This document shows, one piece after another, positions 1 through 18,706 of a DNA stretch of 64,000 bases. Positions within the stretch are counted from its first letter, which is position 1. Each line of letters begins with the position of its first letter. This DNA is from the human T2T-CHM13v2.0 reference genome, Homo sapiens. Under the pieces are notes generated by a model. The model was given only the letters and a program-made list of their open reading frames with translations, had not been told where the DNA came from and searched no databases. The position numbers and the translations under genes are program-made. The stretch lies in the NCBI RefSeq assembly GCF_009914755.1, contig NC_060947.1; one strand, given 5' to 3'.

Positions 1-241
1 GGGTCAGGTAGTTCCCTTTCCTAGTCAAAGAAAGGGGTGATGGACGGCACCTGGAAAATCGGGTCACTCCCACCCTAATACTGTGCTTTTCCGACGGGCT
101 TAAAAAATGGCACACCAGGAGATTATATCCCACACCTGGCTCAGAGGGTCCTACGCCCACGGAGTCTTGCTGATTGCTAGCACAGCAGTCTGAGATCAAA
201 CTGAAAGGCGACAGCAAGGCTGGGGGAGGGGTGCCCGCCAT
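1..241 (-). CDS. L1 ORF0 (antisense ORF in 5'UTR), open to the window edge
   Basis: ATG at 241-239; hand translation MAGTPPPALLSPFSLISDCCASNQQDSVGVGPSEPGVGYNLLVCHFLSPSEKHSIRVGVTRFSRCRPSPLSLTRKGNYLT matches primate ORF0; no stop before position 1. Confidence 0.8.
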   Translation of the reverse strand, partial: MAGTPPPALLSPFSLISDCCASNQQDSVGVGPSEPGVGYNLLVCHFLSPSEKHSIRVGVTRFSRCRPSPLSLTRKGNYLT

Positions 242-571
242 TGCCCAGGCTTGCTTAGGTAAACAAAGCAGCTGGGAAGCTCCAACTGGGTGGAGCCCAC
301 CACAGCTCAAGGAGGCCTGCCTGACTCTGTAGGCTCCACCTCTGGGGGCAGGGCACAGACAAACAAAAAGACAGCAGTAACCTCTGCAGACTTAAATGTC
401 CCTGTCTGACAGCTTTGAAGAGAGCAGTGGTTCTCCCAGCATGCAGCTGGAGATCTGAGAATGGGCAGACTGCCTCCTCAAGTGGGTCCCTGACCCCTGA
501 CCCCCGAGCAGCCTAACTAGGAGGCACCCCCCAGTAGGGGCAGACTGACACCTCACACAGCCAGGTACTCC

Positions 572-699
572 TCTGAGACAAAACTTCCAGAGGAACGATC
601 AGACAGGAGCATTCGCGATTCACGAAAATCTGCTGTTCTGCAGCCACCGCTGCTGATACCCAGGGAAACAGGGTCTGGAGTGGACCTCTAGCAAACTCC
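572..699 (+). promoter_or_regulatory. ~129-bp L1 5'UTR segment carrying the ZNF93 binding region (lost in younger L1PA3/PA2/HS)
   Basis: Sequence TCTGAGACAAAACTTCCAGAGG...CTAGCAAACTCC sits between ACTCC direct repeats (567-571, 695-699), where L1HS reads directly GGGTATTCCAACAGACC. Confidence 0.8.
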
Positions 700-825
700 A
701 ACAGACCTGCAGCTGAGGGTCCTGTCTGTTAGAAGGGAAACTAACAAACAGAAAGGACATCCACACCAAAAACCCATCTGTACATCACCATCATCAAAGA
801 CCAAAAGTAGATTAAAACCACAAAG

Positions 826-1833
826 ATGGGGAAAAAACAGAGCAGAAAAACTGGAAACTCTAAAAAGCAGAGCACCTCTCCTCCTTCAAAGGAACGCAGA
901 TCCTCACCAGCAATGGAACAGAGTTGGACGGAGAATGACTTTGATGAGTTGAGAGAAGAAGGCTTCAGACGATCAAACTACTCCAAGCTACAGGAGGAAA
1001 TTCAAACCAAAGGCAAAGAAGTTAAAAACTTTGAAAAAAATTTAGAAGAATGTATAACTAGAATAACCAATACAGAGAAGTGCTTAAAGGAGCTGATGGA
1101 GCTGAAAGCCAAGGCTCGAGAACTACGTGAAGAATGCAGAAGCCTCAGGAGCCAATGCAATCAACTGGAAGAAAGGGTATCAGTGATGGAAGATGAAATG
1201 AATGAAAGGAAGCCAGAAGGGAAGTTTAGAGAAAAAAGAAATGAACAAAGCCTCCAGGAAATATGGGACTATGTGAAAAGACCAAATCTACGTCTGAGTG
1301 GTGTACCTGAAAGTGACGGGGAGAATGGAACCAAGTTGGAAAACACTCTGCAGGATATTATCCAGGAGAACTTCCCCAATCTAGCAAGGCAGGCCAACAT
1401 TCAGATTCAGGAAATACAGAGAATGCCACAAAGATATTCCTCGAGAAGAGCAACTCCAAGACACATAATTGTCAGATTCACCAAAGTTGAAATGAAGGAA
1501 AAAATGTTAAGGGCAGCCAGAGAGAAAGGTCGGGTTACCCACAAAGGGAAGCCCATCAGACTAACAGCGGATCTCTCGGCAAAAACTCTACAAGCCAGAA
1601 GAGAGTGGAGGCCAATATTCAACATTCTTAAAGAAAAGAATTTTCAACCCAGAATTTCATATGCAGCCAAACTAAGCTTCATAAGTGAAGGAGAAATAAA
1701 GTCCTTTACAGACAAGCAAATGCTGAGTGATTTTGTCACCACCAGGCCTGCCCTAAAAGAGCTCCTGAAGGAAGCACTAAACATGGAAAGGAACAACTGG
1801 TACCAGCCACTGCAAAATCATGCCAAATTGTAA
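826..1833 (+). CDS. L1 ORF1p (coiled coil-RRM-CTD), uninterrupted 335 aa
   Basis: MGKKQSRKTGNSK...; REKG and ARR motifs kept; IKR (9 bp) missing relative to the 338-aa canonical protein; YPAKLS changed to YAAKLS. Confidence 0.93.
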   Translation: MGKKQSRKTGNSKKQSTSPPSKERRSSPAMEQSWTENDFDELREEGFRRSNYSKLQEEIQTKGKEVKNFEKNLEECITRITNTEKCLKELMELKAKARELREECRSLRSQCNQLEERVSVMEDEMNERKPEGKFREKRNEQSLQEIWDYVKRPNLRLSGVPESDGENGTKLENTLQDIIQENFPNLARQANIQIQEIQRMPQRYSSRRATPRHIIVRFTKVEMKEKMLRAAREKGRVTHKGKPIRLTADLSAKTLQARREWRPIFNILKEKNFQPRISYAAKLSFISEGEIKSFTDKQMLSDFVTTRPALKELLKEALNMERNNWYQPLQNHAKL

Positions 1834-1896
1834 AGGCCATCGAGACTAGGAAGAAACTGCATCAACTAACGAGCAAAATAACCAGCTAACATCATA

Positions 1897-5721
<3,825 letters not shown>

Positions 5722-6207
5722 ACAATGAGAACACATGGACACAGGAAGGGGAATATCTCACTCTGGGGACTGTTGTGGGGTGGGGGTAGTGGGGAGGGAT
5801 AGCATTAGGAGATATAGCTAATGCTAAATGATGAGTTAATGGGTGCAGCACACCAGCATGGCACATGTATACATATGTAACTAACCTGCACATTGTGCAT
5901 ATATACCCTAAAACTTAAAGTATAATAATAAAAATAAATAAAAATAAAATAAAAATTAAAAAAAAATACATCGACATTTCTATGTGATGTATGCCATCTC
6001 AGTTTTCAGTATATGCATCAGAGAACCACATTCATATTATTTGGCAGGGTCTCAAGGTTTTATAAAAACACTAGAAGTTCATATATGAGTCATTTATTTC
6101 TATAAAATATAGGAGGAAAATCTGGAATCGTGGGAAAGATGGGGGCAGGTAGATTTTGCTGGCAGTCTTTTCTCATCTTTTCATATTTCTTCTTGCATTT
6201 GCTACAG

Positions 6208-6279
6208 ACTGGCCAAGTTAGTCTGTTAACCTACATTCATTGCTGTAGGAGTAGGTGCGAGGAAACACTCAGGTTGCAG
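6208..6279 (+). pseudogene. Candidate degenerate exon encoding the first part (C1-C4) of an EGF module
   Basis: Long polypyrimidine tract plus TACAG acceptor (6206-6207); strong CAG|GTATGG donor; ends TGC AG (Cys-Arg, phase 2); Cys codons at 6224, 6241, 6256 and 6275 lie in two frames, with TAA at 6227. Confidence 0.5.
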
Positions 6280-6679
6280 GTATGGAACTGGAAGCCTAGG
6301 CCTCTTCAACCTCTTCAGAGCAGTGATAGAACTAGTGTAGCCAAAGTGAATACAGGTATAAGCCGTAGGCAAAATGCTGACAATTTAAAAAACAGTCTTG
6401 AGACAGCCCTTGTGGATGAGCCTTATTTTTCTTCATACGTGCCACATCTTCATTGCCTAATGATTGGGAAATCTTGTCAGCCTTCTGCATGCTGACTCAG
6501 TGTGTTAAAACCTGTAGGCTTTAGAGTGCTTGCTCAGGTGGGAAATGGGACAACATAAAACTCTTGAAGGTCTTAAGGAGAAATGTGATGGTTGAGTAAC
6601 AATGAAATGTTTGATTCATTCAAGGGACACCATTTGTTTTTTCCTAATATGTGAGCTTTTTCTATTTCTCTCTATGTAG

Positions 6680-6871
6680 ATGTCCAAATTTCAGAAGTCA
6701 GTGGAAAAATTATGGGTACATGGGGACCAAATGTGACCAACTCTGGAGTACTCTGGATCTGATTTTAGTAGTGGCATTGCTTGGAATACGATTGGCTTTA
6801 ATAGTTGGTGTAACAATCCAGACTATGTACTGCTGTAAAAAGAAGTCAAAGAAGAATATAGCTGACCACTA
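6680..6871 (+). pseudogene. Exon encoding EGF C5-C6 loop, transmembrane helix and basic cytoplasmic start (meprin-beta/IMPG2/ErbB-ligand-like architecture)
   Basis: TTTTTCTATTTCTCTCTATGTAG acceptor; 192-bp open exon (R)CPNFRSQWKNYGYMGTKCDQLWSTLDLILVVALLGIRLALIVGVTIQTMYCCKKKSKKNIADH; GTAAGA donor at 6872. Confidence 0.72.
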
Positions 6872-7304
6872 GTAAGAAATTTCTAAATACCTTGAGAATG
6901 ATGGCAAATCTCTTGTGAGATCAGCAAATGAATCCAGAAATAATGAATATAATTTATCATGCATATTACATACAGGTGGTATGTTCTCTTCCACATTCAT
7001 CAACATCGTAATTAAATTCTAACAAAAGTCAGATTAACACTGCCACACCAGACATATTTTGTTCAGGATTTGGATAAAGTAAAAACTGGAAAGTCACTTC
7101 CCCAGACAGAAGCCAAGTGTAATTCACCAGATAACTGTCCTACTTCAGTGTTTTCCTTCCCACCAAGGGTCAGTATTTGTGTGCACCCCCATATACTGTC
7201 CTAATAGTGTGTGTTGGTTGGGGGTGGGAGACGGCGTACCATTACCTCCCACTCACTCCCTAATCCCAGCAACAATGCCAGATAAATGGAAAGAGGAATC
7301 CAAT

Positions 7305-7655
7305 AGACTTGCTCTAATCTGAATCTGTCTTGGGTAAATCTCTTCACATCATTGGGCTTCATGTTCCTAATCTATAATATAGAAATTGTTATAATCAGAT
7401 CTACCCACCTCACAGAGATGGTGGAATGATACTTAAAGCAGCAATCGTTTATTGAGAGTTTATTATGTGTGTCAGGCTGAATTATAAATGTTTCACACCT
7501 ATCAACTCATTTAAGACTCACCACCCTATAAAGTCCTGATGAGATTACTGAGGCACAAAAAGATCAAATAACTTAGCCAAGGTTACAGGCCTAACTCTGA
7601 ACCCAGGCAGTCTGGCCATCTGGCCACTAGACCTAAACTCTTAACTCCAGACTAT
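7305..7655. mobile_element. MIR fragments (two, opposite orientation)
   Basis: MIR core-like CTTGGGTAAATCTCTT...GGGCTTCATGTTCCTAATCTATAA and ACTGAGGCACAAAAAGATCAAATAACTTAGCCAAGGTTACA. Confidence 0.65.
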
Positions 7656-8699
7656 ATTAATGGAATCTAATGAGATAAAATAGTGCTTAGAAAGCTGTAA
7701 AGCCATGCTATATTCCCTTCACTTATTTGTTTAAAAGCAAACTGTTTCCTTTATACTTTGCACTGTCTCTGAATGAGAGGTATGAGGGGTAAATAACAGT
7801 ATAGTAAAATCTCATAAATTTTATATTGGTAAATTCGAATTAGCATCTACATTAAATTATAATTCCCCAGTGACAAGATAATGTTACCCTCTATGCAGTA
7901 TAAAGGTAGTTTGAAATATTACTTTAAAATTGGAAGAATGGGCTTATAAATTGTAATAAAATCAGCAATTTGAACAGCCTCAGATATTTGTCTCTGGGAG
8001 GAATGAGATAAACTCTCCAACCTTTTTGTCATTTCAAAATCCTAAATTTTGCACCATAATTCCGTATCCTTTCAAGCATCATGTGGTATACATGTATATA
8101 TAGGCATAAAATCAATGCTAAACATTAATTTTTAAAAATTTAAATTACTGTGGAGAATTCCATATCACCATTTGACAGAGGTTGGAAACCCCCTGAGATG
8201 TTAAAGAATCATTATGATTAGAAATCACACCTGTAAACATGTCACTTTTGAACTATTCTCCATAGCTTTCCTACTCCAAGGTTTTCTAGAACACTGGATT
8301 TGTATTCCAATCTTTCTCTTCCTCTAATTGGGTATAACTTTGAGGTGATCACTTAGCCCCTATTTCCTCCTTTAGAAGTAGGGAGAAGGATGATACATAT
8401 CTTACTTCCCTATACTTGTGAGATTCAAATGAAATAATTAATGAAAAATTGTATTGAGAAGCAAAAGTAAAACGGAAAGATTTATAATAAATCTCAAGCA
8501 CTTGGGGTTATTTACATGCTTTTTGGGTAAATAATTAAGCTGCTTTATTTTCTTCCAATTAAAATGCAGTTTAGTTTGAGCTCCATTTTATTCTCCCTCT
8601 GCCATTTCCTGATTTGTGAATTGACAAAGTAACTTTAAATATACTCTGGGAGATTCTTTAGTGTAGTGAAAAAAATAGGGTCCATGGTGCCAGACAGAA

Positions 8700-8830
8700 T
8701 GAGACTCAATTCCCTGCCCCATAAATCACTGACTATGTGGCCTAGGGGCACTTTCTTAAAATTTCTTAGAGTTGGGCTTCTTATCCACAAAATGAAGTTA
8801 AAATTACCTACCTTGCAGGCTTTTTGTAAA
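8700..8830 (+). mobile_element. MIR fragment
   Basis: ACTATGTGGCCTAGGGGCACTTTCTTAAA...CTTCTTATCCACAAAATGAAG...CCTACCTTGCAGG. Confidence 0.6.
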
Positions 8831-8849
8831 TATTTAAATAAAATAATGT

Positions 8850-9075
8850 AATATTTTTGTGAAATATACTGATGTCTGCAATTTACTTTTGGGTGTTTCA
8901 AAAAATAAGGTGTATTAATGGATAGATAAAGGAATGAATAGATGGACAGATATATATTAAAGAAAGTATATTAAAATTTTAATGGTATAATTAAGTTGGT
9001 AGATACATGGGCATTAACTGTAAAATTCTTTCAGCTTTGCTATAAGTTTTAGCGTTTTTATAATAAAATGTTGGA
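8850..9075 (+). mobile_element. Old L1M (L1ME-like) 3'UTR fragment
   Basis: GATGTCTGCAATTTACTTT...ACTGTAAAATTCTTTCAGCTTTGCTATAAG...TAATAAAATGTTGG. Confidence 0.6.
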
Positions 9076-9279
9076 TGAATCAGACAATCTTAAGTAAACC
9101 ACTTTGAACATGGAAAACGTTAAAAAAGGTCACCATTCTTATTGCTTTCTCTTGGGTATAGTCTGAAAATGGGAGCATTCATTCCGTATTGTCGCAAAAC
9201 AGTTTATCAAAGAAAAAGATTTATAACCAATTAAGCAAATGCTCTATCCTATGTCGTTGTTGTTTTTCAAATGTGCCAG

Positions 9280-9373
9280 AGAACAGAGGCGTTCATCAAG
9301 ACTCCAACCTTAGCAGAATTCTGCATATGATTTTGATACTGATATGAGGCCTCCTCAACCTGATCAAGGCCGG
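9280..9373 (+). pseudogene. Candidate cytoplasmic-tail exon with in-frame stop
   Basis: TTGTTTTTCAAATGTGCCAG acceptor, CGG|GTAAAC donor; phase 2 to 0; EQRRSSRLQP*QNSAYDFDTDMRPPQPDQGR, TAG at 9311. Confidence 0.4.
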
Positions 9374-9770
9374 GTAAACACTGGAACTCATTTGCCAGAT
9401 AAACTAAGTTTACAGAAGGCACCATAAACAGAAATGCCTCGGAGAAACAAAAAGAACCTTGGGAGATCAAAGAAGTAGTCAGAGACAACAAAATGAGATG
9501 TAATCAGATCAAATTGCACAAATATGGGATGGTTGATGACAGGTAGAGTACAGGTTGATGATCAGTAGAGTACAGGCCAGGCCTGGGGCATTTACATTGG
9601 GAGTGCTGTCTACTATTCCTCCCCACCATTTGTTTCCAGGTAGCATCAAGTTAAAACACATACCTAAGGCAGCCTTGGGGAAAGTTAAAACATATCAAAG
9701 AGGCAAAGAGGTCCGCAAAAGAGGGCCAGAAAGATATGGATAACAGTACAAGGATTTGAACCATGTGGAG

Positions 9771-9771
<1 letters not shown>

Positions 9772-9818
<47 letters not shown>
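9772..9818. repeat. (TA)n microsatellite
   Basis: Perfect TA run of about 23 units. Confidence 0.97.
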
Positions 9819-9824
<6 letters not shown>

Positions 9825-10860
9825 GTAAATCTCTTCTCATCCAATGTTCCTAGTAGCACAGATTCTCTAACAGAGACTTGTGGGAATCTCTTCAATTCAT
9901 TTCATTGTACTTTAGGAGCAGCTCTGAATGAAGAGTAAGAGGGGTATGTGTGTCATATTAGGCCACAAGTATCAGAAACGGCAGCAATGCTTTTATTGTT
10001 TTAAATCGAACAAATCATATGTAAAACACTACAAAATCATCTTTTTGTTATGGCATACTAAGTCCTAGAATATGCCCAATTATGATCTCTATATTTAAGG
10101 AAGTAATTCTACATATGTTTCTGATATGGCTCTGTCTTAATAACATCAAGGCCAGTTAAATGCTGAAACTCATAAAAAGGTTAAATTAAAGGGTTGATGA
10201 ATCAAGGAGAGTGGCAAGATACTTTCTAGTTGAAGTCAAAAAAATTAAATATTGAAACAAATTATAGTATGAAGGGTTTGTTGTAATCTATAGTATTTTT
10301 CAAAAAAGAAGGTTAAAGTACTCTAGGTGAATATCCTACTATGAATATTGTTGATGTCTCCAAAAGGCTAAACTCTAGAACTGTCAAATGATTTTGGTTG
10401 CCCATTTTTCCCAATTATTTTCTAGATAAACCCTAAAAGTTAGAGAACCGTGCAGGTAGGAGACACCTTTCTTTTTCTAAGGATTCACTTTTTCTTAGTC
10501 TCCCTAGTTACTTCTGTCACCCACCTATTTTTCAAATCTCCGAGTTGACATTCTCATCTTTTCTCCTCTGTAATAATCTCTCTTTTTAACTTAATGCTAT
10601 ACAAGCTCTAATTGTGGATAAAATTCATGAGGAAAGCCAAGTATAATGCCCATCACTTAGGCTATGTTCAATAAATGTCACTCTCCCTTTCCCTGTCTCA
10701 AATTTCCTATGGCTAAATCTCTGCTATAGTTCTTGTTAAATATGAATACTTATGGATACTTTTTATTTAATGCTTTAACCATTTCCTAAACTTTCCTTGT
10801 CTAGGAAAGCCACAAGCGAACTACCATACCTGTCCCAATCTACATATTCTTCTCTTTCAG

Positions 10861-10907
10861 ATTGTTTCCCAAAGTCTGGGGAATTAGGAAGCAGAAATGG
10901 ACTACAG
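10861..10907 (+). pseudogene. Candidate 47-bp exon with in-frame stop
   Basis: Strong acceptor TTCTTCTCTTTCAG, weaker donor CAG|GTTAAC; phase 0 to 2; IVSQSLGN*EAEMDY. Confidence 0.3.
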
Positions 10908-12239
10908 GTTAACAACTTAATAGAAAACTAAGAGACTTTTAAACCAACTTAAACTATTTAGAAAGGTGTCCAGATGCACTTTGCTCTGAACGTACATTTG
11001 AAAGATTGACTTTTGCAAGTAATGACTTCTCAGAAGCTAAGACTTAGATGAAGTTTCCACAGAATTAATGCTTTTTCATGCAAATTCATCACTGTTTTTT
11101 TTTTATTCAGCTAGCTCACACACACAACCAGGAACTAATAAGCAGAGGTTGAATTCATTCTTGAATTGTCTATGTTAACCTTTTCTAACTGATTTAGCAA
11201 TTAGATTTGAGTAAGTTGACGTGAGACTACATATTTGCTACCTCTTCTTCACCCCATCCCCACCTCCACTTTTACGTTTAGCACAAAGTAGCTTATAGCT
11301 TTCAAAGTTGTTACAATTGTGGCATGAGCATATAATTAGAAATCCCAATACATTCTGTAAATCTTTGACAGAAAGGGGTGCTCCATAGTTTAGTCATGTG
11401 AAAAGAATTCACTGTTGCCTTTGTTGGTTATTTTCGTTGTTGTTCTCATCATAAATACCTTTTAAAAATTTATCTACCTTTAAAACAAAGCTTTTATAGT
11501 TCAGCCTTTTCCATAGGAAAGGAATATGCTTGAATTACTTTCACCTGGTGAAAATAAACAACAATTATATTGGGGGAATAAAAACTACATTTCCTAGAGA
11601 TCCAGCTAATGGGCATATTCTTAAGAGTATAGAAATAAATACTGGTATGGCTTAACGAACATAAAAAGAATACCAAGCCATATAATAGAAGCAACAAATA
11701 TGGATAAATGCTCACTGAAAAGGAAGAACACTGAATAATAATCCGATTTTCTAAATGTGGCAGTGATAATCACAAACTTACCATATTATTGACTTTATTA
11801 TATTTTCAAATGGAATAAATTGAAAGTAGGAGGAGACAAGCTAAGCTTTAAATTATCAAGTTTTTAAATCCAGGAAATTATCCTTCCTAGATAATAATAC
11901 AAAAATAATATCTAATTATTTAAAGTATTCTTTACATACCTGAGAGTATTATTATAACTTAATAATTTGTCATTTGAAGTTGTTCATACCATCATCAAAT
12001 AGTTAAATATTATCAAGCACTCCACAACAGACAACACTGTACAAATTGTGATAATCTCCAGCCCTTCACTATAATTTCAATATGTAATATCACTGGATAA
12101 GTATAAGATTAACTCCACCCTATAAGTACCTGGTTAGTTACAGCTTTATGACTGTGCATATTTGCATGGTTAAATCACTATGTCATATCACTTATGTAAT
12201 TCATGAAATGAATATTTTTAGACAACGAGTTATATACAA

Positions 12240-12536
12240 CAGGGGTCCCCACCCTCCTGGCCATGGACCCATACTGAGGGGGCATTAACACCTAAGTTCC
12301 GCCTCCTCTCAGATTAGTGGCAGCATTAGATTCTCATAGGCATGCAAACCCTATTGTGAACTACACATGCAAGAGATTGAGGTTGCATGCTCCTTATGAG
12401 AATCTAATGCCTGATGATCTGAGGTGGAACAGTTTCATCCTAAAACAATCCCCACCTGACTGCCCTACCCCCAATAAATAGAAATATTGTCTTCCGGGAA
12501 ACTGGTCCCTGGTGCCAAAAAGATTGGGGATCGCTG
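12240..12536 (+). mobile_element. MER1B (hAT-Charlie) non-autonomous DNA transposon
   Basis: TIRs CAGGGGTCCCCA.../...TGGGGATCGCTG; internal AGATTCTCATAGG...CCTTATGAGAATCTAATGCCTGATGATCTGAGGTGGAACAG. Confidence 0.88.
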
Positions 12537-12635
12537 ATCTGAAGTGTACTGGAAATAAGAAAGGTAGAAATAACATATTTTACCATGTTTTTTTTCAAAA
12601 TAAATAGTACAACGTTTTGCTTTAAAAAATATTAG

Positions 12636-15306
12636 CCCTCATGGTAACACCACCATGAACACAACTGCATGCAGTTGCTGGAGGGTCCCCCTGACCAAGC
12701 CATGCTGCCTCTGTGAATGCCCACATGGAAGCCAGCAAACTGGCACCTGCTAGCATCCTGCTGTAGCTGATAAGCATGAACCCTGCCATGCTGCCACTGC
12801 TGCTGCTGCTGGGACATGTGAACAAGGATGGATCCTGCTGCCACCACCCTACGAAACACCTTGGCTGGCACCATCCATTGGCGTTCTGGGACCAGCAGGT
12901 CGGGAGCACATAGGCCCCCACCATCACAGTGTGTTCTTAAACTTAAAGAGCCAGAAAACAAAGTCGGGGCCCAATATCAGTCCCCCAGTGTTAGAGCATG
13001 CAGTTCAGGAGTTGTGAGCTGAGCCTTGGCCCCTTACAATCTTCCAGAAATGAAGTCAGCTGACTGAACCCACCTTACACCATAATCAAACTCTCAAGGT
13101 CATCAAATAGGAGAAAAGAAAAAAAAATCTAGAGGACAGCGACTTTAAAGATGGAAGGAATATCAGCCCATAAACATGAGAAAGAATCAGTGCAAGGTCT
13201 CTGACAACTCAAAAAGCCAGAGTGCCTTCTTTCCTCCAAACAACCACACTAGCTCTCCAGCAAGGGTTCTGACCTGGGATGAGATGGCTGAAATTACAGA
13301 AATAGAATTCAGAATATGGATAGGAACAAAGATCATCAAGGTGCAGCAGTAAATTGAAACCCAATCCAAGAAAACTAAGGATCACAGTAAAACGATACAG
13401 GAGCTGACAGAAAAAATAGCCAGTATAGAAATGAACGAAACTGACCTGATAGAGCTGAAAAACACACTACAAGAATGTCATAATGCAATCCCAAGTAGAA
13501 TACCAGAATAGACCAAGCTGAAGAAAGAATTCCAGAGCTTGAAGACTGGCTTTCTAAGACAGTCAGAAAAGAATAGAGAAAAAAGAATGAAAAGGAAAAA
13601 ATAAAACCTCCGAGAAATATGACATTATGTAAAGCGACCAAATCTATGACTCACTGGTGTCCCTGAAAGATGGCAAGAATGGAAGCAACTTGGAAAACAT
13701 ATTTCGGGTTGTCATACATGAGAACGTCCTCAACCTAGCAAGAGAGGCTAACATTGAAATTCAGGAAATGCAGAGAACTCCAGTAAGTTACTTCACAAGA
13801 TCTACCTGAGACACACATCATCAGTTTCTCCAAGGTTGAAATGAAAGAAAAAAATCTTAAAGGCAGCTGGAGAGAAAGGTCAGGCCACGTACATCAGACT
13901 AACAGTGGAACTCTCAGCAGAAACCCTACAAGCCAGAAGAGATTGGGGGCCAATATTCAACATTCTTAAAGAAAAGTAATAACAACCAAAAATCTCATAT
14001 ACGGCCAAACTAAGCTTAATAAGCAAAGGAAAAATAAGATTCTTTTCAGATAAGCAAATACTGAGGAAATTTGTCACCACCAGACATTCCTTAAAAGAGT
14101 TCCTGAGGGAAGCAGTAAGTATAGAAAGGAAAGACCAGCCACTACAAAAACACACTGAAATACACAGACCAGTGACACTATAAAGGAACCACACGAACAA
14201 GTCTGCATAATAACATCTAACACATCATGATGACAGGATCAAATCCACACATATCAATACTAACCTTCAATGCAAATGGGCAAAATGCCCCAATTTAAAA
14301 GGCACAGAGTGGCAAGCTCAATAAAGAAGCAAGATCCAATGGTATGCCATCTTCCAGAGACCCATCTCACATGCAGTGACACACACAGGCTCAAAATAAA
14401 GCAATGGAAAAAATCTGCCAAGCAAATAAAAAAAAAAAAAAAACAGAAAAAGCAGGGGCTGCAATCCTAATTTCAGACAAAACAGACTTTAAACCAACAG
14501 AGATCAAAACAGACAAAGAAGGGAACTACATAACAGTAAAGGGTTCAATTCAACAAGAAGACCTAACTATCCTAAATATATATGCAGCCAATACAGAAGC
14601 ATCCAGATTCATAAAGCAGGTTCTTAGAGACCTACAAAGAGACTTAAACTCCCACATAATAATAATGGGAGACTACAATACCTACTGACAGAATTAGACA
14701 GACAATTGAGGCAGAAAATTGGATATTCAGGACCTGAATTCAGCACTGGACCAAATAGACCTCACAGACATCTACAGACCTCTCCATCCAAAACTAACAG
14801 AATATATATTTTTCTAATTGCCGCATGTCACATTCTCTAAAATCGACCACACCATTGGACATAAAACAATCCTCAGCAAATGTAAAAGAACTGATATCGT
14901 ACCAACCACTCTCTCAGACCACAGTATGATAAAATTAGAAATCGAGACTAAGAAAAATCACTTGAACCCATATAGTTATGTGGAAATTAAATAATCTCCT
15001 CCTGAATGGCTTTTGGGTTAATAATGAAATTAAGGCAAAAATCAAAAAGTTATTTGAAACTAATGAGAACAAAGACACAACATACCAGAATCTCTGAGAT
15101 ACAGCTAAGGCAAAGTTAAGAAAGAAATTATAGCAGTAAATGCCCACGATAAAAAGTTAGAAAGGTCTCATGTTAAAAACCTAACATCACATCTAAAAAG
15201 AGAACCAGGAGCAAACCAACCCCAAAGCTAGCAGAAAACAGGAAATAACCAAAACCAGAGATGAACTGAAGGAGACTGAGACAAGAAAACCATTCAAAAG
15301 ATCAAT
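12636..15306 (+). mobile_element. L1PA13-16-like element, 5' part (partial 5'UTR, ORF1, ORF2 endonuclease)
   Basis: Degenerate ORF1 (~13175-14140) and ORF2 start ATGACAGGATCAAATCCACAC at ~14230; breaks at the QKIN codons. Confidence 0.88.

Positions 15307-18706
<3,400 letters not shown>

Noticed and set aside
6130-6495. 121-aa ORF MGKMGAGRFCWQ... as a single-exon gene
   Set aside because: Starts at GTG and runs through a polypyrimidine tract and a splice donor; better explained as overlapping the candidate exon 6208-6279
11095-11155. Acceptor-like T-tract ATTCAG at 11110
   Set aside because: Followed by immediate or early stops and no convincing donor
12622-13022. Overlapping 64-109 aa ORFs with a short Gln/Ser run
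   Set aside because: They lie in the GC-richer L1PA 5'UTR; the (CTG)n run is only about 5 units
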